Positions 26,135 through 29,867 of a stretch of 29,867 nucleotides of DNA are shown here, piece by piece; positions within the stretch are counted from its first letter, which is position 1, and each line of letters opens with the position of its first letter. The notes beneath the pieces were generated by a model, which had not been told where the DNA came from, searched no databases, and saw only the letters and a program-made list of their open reading frames with translations. The stretch spans positions 1-29,867 of the forward strand of contig DIDD01000034.1 of the NCBI GenBank assembly GCA_002417965.1, written 5' to 3'. The translations under genes and the position numbers were made by a program. The DNA is from Veillonellaceae bacterium UBA5809 (GTDB taxonomy: Bacteria; Bacillota; Negativicutes; Veillonellales; Dialisteraceae).

Positions 26135-27178
26135 TTAACGTATCATACGGGCAGACAGAACATCACTTACGCGTTCTGTGGGCATATCATCGCTGTCGTA
26201 TAAAAGGCCTTTCGGGCTTTTTATAATCATCTGATCGATCAGATTCTGTTTTACAATATCATTGACGGCAGTTAAAAAACCACGGCATGCCCGGTCATGA
26301 TATTCTTTGGTAATCAATCTTGAAAGTCCCGGCGCTTTCAGGCGCTGCTGAATATAGAACTGATGAATGGCTTTCCAGCTGATTCTTTGGGGACATGCAC
26401 GGAGCATGACGATTACCCGGTAGTCCAGGCCCTTTAAAAATTCAATAGTTTTCATGGTGTTTTCCGGATTTTCAAGGGAACCTTCAATGATGAGATTATA
26501 GTGATGCTGTGCAGCATAACGTGCGGTAAGACGTGACATAAGCCGTGCCATGGGCAGTGTATAGTAAGCGCAGCAACGTCCGTGTTTTTCGGCTAATTCA
26601 TGATGACTGGGATGAAATCCCCTGAAATTATCATCCATGGCCTGGATAATATCTCCTCTATGAGTTTCAATGAGGACTGAGGACATTCTTGTTTTTCCCG
26701 AACCAGGCTGCCCCGCCACCAGATAGGCGACAGGATTACGCAGAGAACCCGTTTTAGAACTGCAGACAGAAGGCCATACCTTCTCCCGGAATAATTCATT
26801 CATGACTGAATCAGCAAAGTCAGTGTCATTTTCCTGAATATGGGGGTTTGCTGAGGGGACTGATGCCGGAAGAAAAATCTGATCTTTTACATAGGCAGTT
26901 TCTATGGAGAAAGCTTCCTTCAGCATGGAAAGCTGATCTTCCATGGACAGGCCCCATCCGGTTCTGGTCTCTACAGCGGCCAGTTCATGAATGGTTTTTC
27001 TCCACAGAGCATAGAGACGTTTCTGATCCTGTATGAGCCGGTCTGATAGAGACTGGGTACTGGACAGCAGATTATTTACTGTTGTAAAAATTTCAGCATT
27101 GACTTCCAATTGTATTCCCATGGGAGTAATATCTGCGGAATCCCGGAGTTCTTTGACCGTCCGCTCGTCATATGGCAT
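26135..27178 (-). CDS. Zeta-toxin (PezT-like) P-loop kinase with ~117-aa N-terminal extension, 347 aa
   Basis: AYLVAGQPGSGKT, DDNFRGFHP, YNLIIEGS, SRLITKEYHD, LLYDS. Aligns to PezT as I recall it at a constant offset of 117 residues. SD AAAGGA upstream. Confidence 0.85.
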   Translation of the reverse strand: MPYDERTVKELRDSADITPMGIQLEVNAEIFTTVNNLLSSTQSLSDRLIQDQKRLYALWRKTIHELAAVETRTGWGLSMEDQLSMLKEAFSIETAYVKDQIFLPASVPSANPHIQENDTDFADSVMNELFREKVWPSVCSSKTGSLRNPVAYLVAGQPGSGKTRMSSVLIETHRGDIIQAMDDNFRGFHPSHHELAEKHGRCCAYYTLPMARLMSRLTARYAAQHHYNLIIEGSLENPENTMKTIEFLKGLDYRVIVMLRACPQRISWKAIHQFYIQQRLKAPGLSRLITKEYHDRACRGFLTAVNDIVKQNLIDQMIIKSPKGLLYDSDDMPTERVSDVLSARMIR

Positions 27179-27191
27179 AGCCGAACCACTT

Positions 27192-27231
27192 CCTTTGCTT
27201 CTATCATAGCAAAGGTTTTAGCAATTGTCGA
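27192..27231 (-). promoter_or_regulatory. Promoter of the zeta-family gene with overlapping 8-bp inverted repeat
   Basis: Minus strand: TCGACA (27231-27226), 17 nt, TGC-TATGAT (27208-27203). Inverted repeat CCTTTGCT-N8-AGCAAAGG at 27192-27215. Confidence 0.7.
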
Positions 27232-27296
27232 ATATTTTCACACATAACTGCTTCCGTTTTACAGAATTATTATTCTGCCAATATGACATTTGTTTT

Positions 27297-28049
27297 TTAA
27301 AAAGCTGCATGAGGCGTGGACAGTTCAGGAAAGCGGTTCCAGGGGGTGTCAAATATAGTGATACATTCGGTCAAGGTGTGATGGACGGCATGAGCGATCA
27401 TTTCTCCCAGTTCCGAGAAAGTACCGGCATCAGTATAGGAGGGACCTTTTGAATCGGTTATGATCATAAGACCGTCCGTAGCGGTTCCTGTGGCAGGCCT
27501 GCCTGTATATACGGCGGCGATGCCCAGATCCTGAAGCGCCGCGGTTTTGGCTTCTGTGGCGGTGATCAGAGCGCGCACCATTGTTCCCTCTGGCAGAGAC
27601 GCATTGGTCAGAAGCATGATGTTGATGGTTCCCACAGGCAAAAATTGTCCGGATTTTTCGCGGTATAATGCGGGATCGCCGGCACGGGCAGCAGTTTTCT
27701 CCACACCGGCTGTTGATAACACGTCTATGATAAGAGGACCTTTCCTGATGCACAGATGCCGGAACCATTCCATGCGGGCTGCAGTAAGAAGTACAGTACT
27801 CTGTGCAGGATCACATCCTTTTTCTTCCAGTTTGAGCCGCAGATAGGATGCTACAGAACCGCCAGGAAGATCTTTTTCAGTCATGCAGTAGGAAGTGAGT
27901 TTTTGATTTACTGCATATAAAATGGGATGGAATCCTCCTCCTATGACGGACGAAGAGAGAGAGTATCTTTTCCGCATGTATGTGATGCAAAGAGAATCAT
28001 CTGCAATATGGACGGTTCCGCCTGAAGCGAGCATAATTTCTTTATTCAT
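27297..28049 (-). CDS. cbiZ: Adenosylcobinamide amidohydrolase family protein
   Basis: LSSSVIGGG, VLLTAA, TAGV, GTINIMLL, ALITATEAKTAALQDLG, ATGTATD. SD AGGAGG 9 nt upstream of ATG. Confidence 0.85.
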   Translation of the reverse strand: MNKEIMLASGGTVHIADDSLCITYMRKRYSLSSSVIGGGFHPILYAVNQKLTSYCMTEKDLPGGSVASYLRLKLEEKGCDPAQSTVLLTAARMEWFRHLCIRKGPLIIDVLSTAGVEKTAARAGDPALYREKSGQFLPVGTINIMLLTNASLPEGTMVRALITATEAKTAALQDLGIAAVYTGRPATGTATDGLMIITDSKGPSYTDAGTFSELGEMIAHAVHHTLTECITIFDTPWNRFPELSTPHAAF

Positions 28050-28072
28050 AAATAAATGCCTCCTGATTATCT

Positions 28073-28101
28073 ATTATATAAGGACGTTTCCCCCATGGAA
28101 A
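28073..28101 (-). promoter_or_regulatory. Candidate cbiZ promoter
   Basis: Minus strand: TTTCCA (28101-28096), 17 nt, TATAAT (28078-28073). Confidence 0.5.
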
Positions 28102-28109
28102 GCTTTTCG

Positions 28110-28138
28110 TTGAAGGTTCCCCCGAATTATGGTAACAT
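28110..28138 (+). promoter_or_regulatory. Candidate promoter of the divergent hypothetical-sdaAB unit
   Basis: TTGAAG (28110-28115), 17 nt, TAACAT (28133-28138) with TG at 28130-28131. Confidence 0.5.
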
Positions 28139-28187
28139 AAATTTGATTTCATGAGTTTTGAAAGCGGTATATATAAAGGAGGAAACT

Positions 28188-29513
28188 GTGCTGTCTTATT
28201 TGATTGTAGTTGCGGCGGCCGTTCTGTTTTTTGCCGTTTGTTATTGGTTTATCAGTCGTAGCCATGCGGAGGAAACTGCGGCTTCTGCAGCGGCCCCGGT
28301 GCCTTCTATAAAAAAAGCGGGAAAGATTGATAAAAATCAGGAGGAGGACGCTTCACCCGCAAAGAAAACTGTCAGTGAAGCGACCCAGGTATTTACCTCA
28401 CCTCTTTCACGGATATCCGACGAAGAGGACGGAGGAGAAGAGAAAACACGTATTTTTACAAAATCAGAGCTGGAACATACCGGATCAGTCCCGGCAGCTG
28501 ATAAAAAACTTCCCGGGGAAGAAGAACCGGAACCGGTTATTTTGGAAGATAAAAATGATCCGGCGGTACTGGAAACTTATTTTGTACGTCATTTTCTTAA
28601 TCAATATGGGGCGGTTTCTAAAACAGTAGCCCGCGACGCGGGGGCAGTTACTCATAGAGCTGTTGAAAAAATGCAGATTACATCAGGCCGTGAGGCCTGT
28701 GATATCCTCAGTCATATTATGGTACAGGAAGCGCTGCAAAATGCGCAGAGAACCTACGTCATGATGCCGACGGATGTGATTATGGAGGTGGTCACGGATG
28801 CCTTTTATGATGTTGCGATGGGCGGACGTTCAGAGACGAGGACGCTTCTGGCCTATGATGCATTAAAAGCAATGCCGCGTATGGAAGAGAATCAGTTTAA
28901 AGCATTGGCGCTGCTTCTTTTATTTCACTATTCCAGGAATACAGACAATGTGGACAGTGAGTCTTTTCGTGGCTATGCAGAGAAATATGTGGCGCCTTTT
29001 CTGCAGCACCTTCCAGATGAATACAGCGGTTATCAGCAGATGGAGTATCTCCACTGCCTGTCTCTGAATAATAAGGATATGACTTTCGGAAAGGTTATGA
29101 GAGACTCTTACCCGCTGATTTTTTCTTTCAGGGGATGCATGAAAAGTGAGCTGAAGGAACTTCTTCATCCCTGCGGAGAAGAGGTTCTTGTACATAGCCT
29201 GTTTAATTCCTACTATAAAATTCCCGTTGTTGATGATTCTCTTCTGAATCGATTTTTTGATGAATTTAGAATGGATGATTCCAGGCAGCGGGAGATGATT
29301 ACAGCCCTGCTTCATTCGAGACCTGTTGAATATGACAGAGTTGAAATGGCACATATTCTGGGAAAAATTTCTCCTGTTCTTGAAAATGTTCAGGAGCTAT
29401 GGGACAGCAGCCTGCTTAGGCGCTCAGCCCTTACCCTCATGGGCATGTATATAGGACAGATTTATATCCGTGAAGTGATTGGCGAGGAATTCGATCTTTC
29501 TCATTGGATGTAA
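28188..29513 (+). CDS. Membrane-anchored hypothetical protein, C-terminal domain resembling the LPO_1073/Vpar_1526 family, 441 aa
   Basis: GTG start 28188 after SD AAGGAGG; N-terminal TM helix; charged low-complexity linker; C-terminal motifs EALQNAQRTY, YQQMEYLHC, SP.LE...ELWDSS...LT..G and FDLSHWM match my recollection of that family. The CDS is secure; the family call is tentative. Confidence 0.7.
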   Translation: MLSYLIVVAAAVLFFAVCYWFISRSHAEETAASAAAPVPSIKKAGKIDKNQEEDASPAKKTVSEATQVFTSPLSRISDEEDGGEEKTRIFTKSELEHTGSVPAADKKLPGEEEPEPVILEDKNDPAVLETYFVRHFLNQYGAVSKTVARDAGAVTHRAVEKMQITSGREACDILSHIMVQEALQNAQRTYVMMPTDVIMEVVTDAFYDVAMGGRSETRTLLAYDALKAMPRMEENQFKALALLLLFHYSRNTDNVDSESFRGYAEKYVAPFLQHLPDEYSGYQQMEYLHCLSLNNKDMTFGKVMRDSYPLIFSFRGCMKSELKELLHPCGEEVLVHSLFNSYYKIPVVDDSLLNRFFDEFRMDDSRQREMITALLHSRPVEYDRVEMAHILGKISPVLENVQELWDSSLLRRSALTLMGMYIGQIYIREVIGEEFDLSHWM

Positions 29514-29525
29514 GGGGGATTACGT

Positions 29526-29867
29526 ATGAATGTATTTGATATCATAGGTCCTGTTATGATTGGTCCGTCCAGCTCCCATACGGCGGGAGCTGCCCGTATA
29601 GGCCGGATGGTCAGAGAGATATTGGGAGAGGATATTGCTTCTGCAGAGGTTACACTTTTTTCTTCCTTTGCCCAGACGGGTGTGGGCCATGGTACGGATA
29701 AAGCCATTGCAGCGGGTCTGATGGGCTATCCTCCTGACAGCAGCCGGATTAGAAATGCGCTTGAAGTGGCGGCAAAGAAAGGGATACCTATTCATTTCAT
29801 TTTTTCTGATCGGGATATGGGGCATCCCAACGTGGCAGAGTATAATGCCTGTCTCTTATACACCACT
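29526..29867 (+). CDS. sdaAB: L-serine dehydratase beta subunit, 3'-truncated by the window end (not in the ORF track)
   Basis: Manual translation: MNVFDIIGPVMIGPSSSHTAGAARIG...SFAQTGVGHGTDKAIAAGLMG...GHPN. SD AAGGGG upstream. The last ~19 nt are adapter-like. Confidence 0.93.
   Translation, partial: MNVFDIIGPVMIGPSSSHTAGAARIGRMVREILGEDIASAEVTLFSSFAQTGVGHGTDKAIAAGLMGYPPDSSRIRNALEVAAKKGIPIHFIFSDRDMGHPNVAEYNACLLYTT
29849..29863 (+). other. Nextera/Tn5 mosaic-end adapter remnant (assembly artefact)
   Basis: CTGTCTCTTATACAC equals the first 15 of 19 nt of the mosaic end CTGTCTCTTATACACATCT, 4 nt from the sequence end; reads CLLYT in the sdaAB frame. Confidence 0.9.

Noticed and set aside
26135-27296. 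Classical two-gene epsilon/zeta system or a mobile island
   Set aside because: No antitoxin-sized ORF with an SD next to the gene (27225..27452 is antisense to cbiZ); no integrase, IS or direct-repeat boundaries seen.
28050-28187. Cobalamin riboswitch upstream of cbiZ
   Set aside because: The gap is 138 nt, holds two divergent promoters and has no B12-box.
29849-29863. Genuine Tn5/IS50 end
   Set aside because: It matches the engineered mosaic end, lies at the sequence terminus and has no transposase nearby.
1-29867. tRNA, rRNA, CRISPR array or long tandem repeats
   Set aside because: All intergenic gaps are under ~280 nt and none shows a cloverleaf, rRNA-like sequence or repeat-spacer periodicity on reading.

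Overview
Mostly core chromosome of an anaerobic Firmicute, probably Negativicutes (Veillonellaceae/Dialister-like; inferred from gene content and order, not from a database hit). I support 27 CDS. Left (minus strand): a stand-alone zinc-ribbon-less S4 (rpsD2-type), a crotonase-family hydratase and a SpeC/SpeF-type ornithine decarboxylase. Centre (plus strand, tightly packed): scpA-scpB-rluB-HI0933 flavoprotein-cmk-plsC-ispH/rpsA fusion-DUF512-der-plsY-gpsA-rsmD-coaD-SepIVA-like, then comEA-comEC-holA-VanW-family-polC. Right: queG, a zeta-toxin-family gene and cbiZ (minus), then a membrane-anchored LPO_1073/Vpar_1526-like gene and a truncated sdaAB (plus). I found no tRNA, rRNA, CRISPR array, IS or integrase. 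The most unusual signals are: (1) an orphan zeta/PezT-type kinase with a ~117-aa N-terminal extension, an Arg-to-Phe change at a conserved site and an inverted repeat over its own promoter; (2) a PolC lacking the inserted 3'-5' exonuclease domain and with a short N-terminus; (3) a ~100-nt promoter-to-terminator leader in front of the scpA operon; (4) an internal Shine-Dalgarno site that could yield free S1 from the ispH-rpsA fusion; (5) a ComEC with a degenerate nuclease motif behind a terminator. The last bases carry a Nextera/Tn5 adapter remnant, an assembly artefact. All family assignments come from motif recognition and remembered reference sequences; no searches were run.
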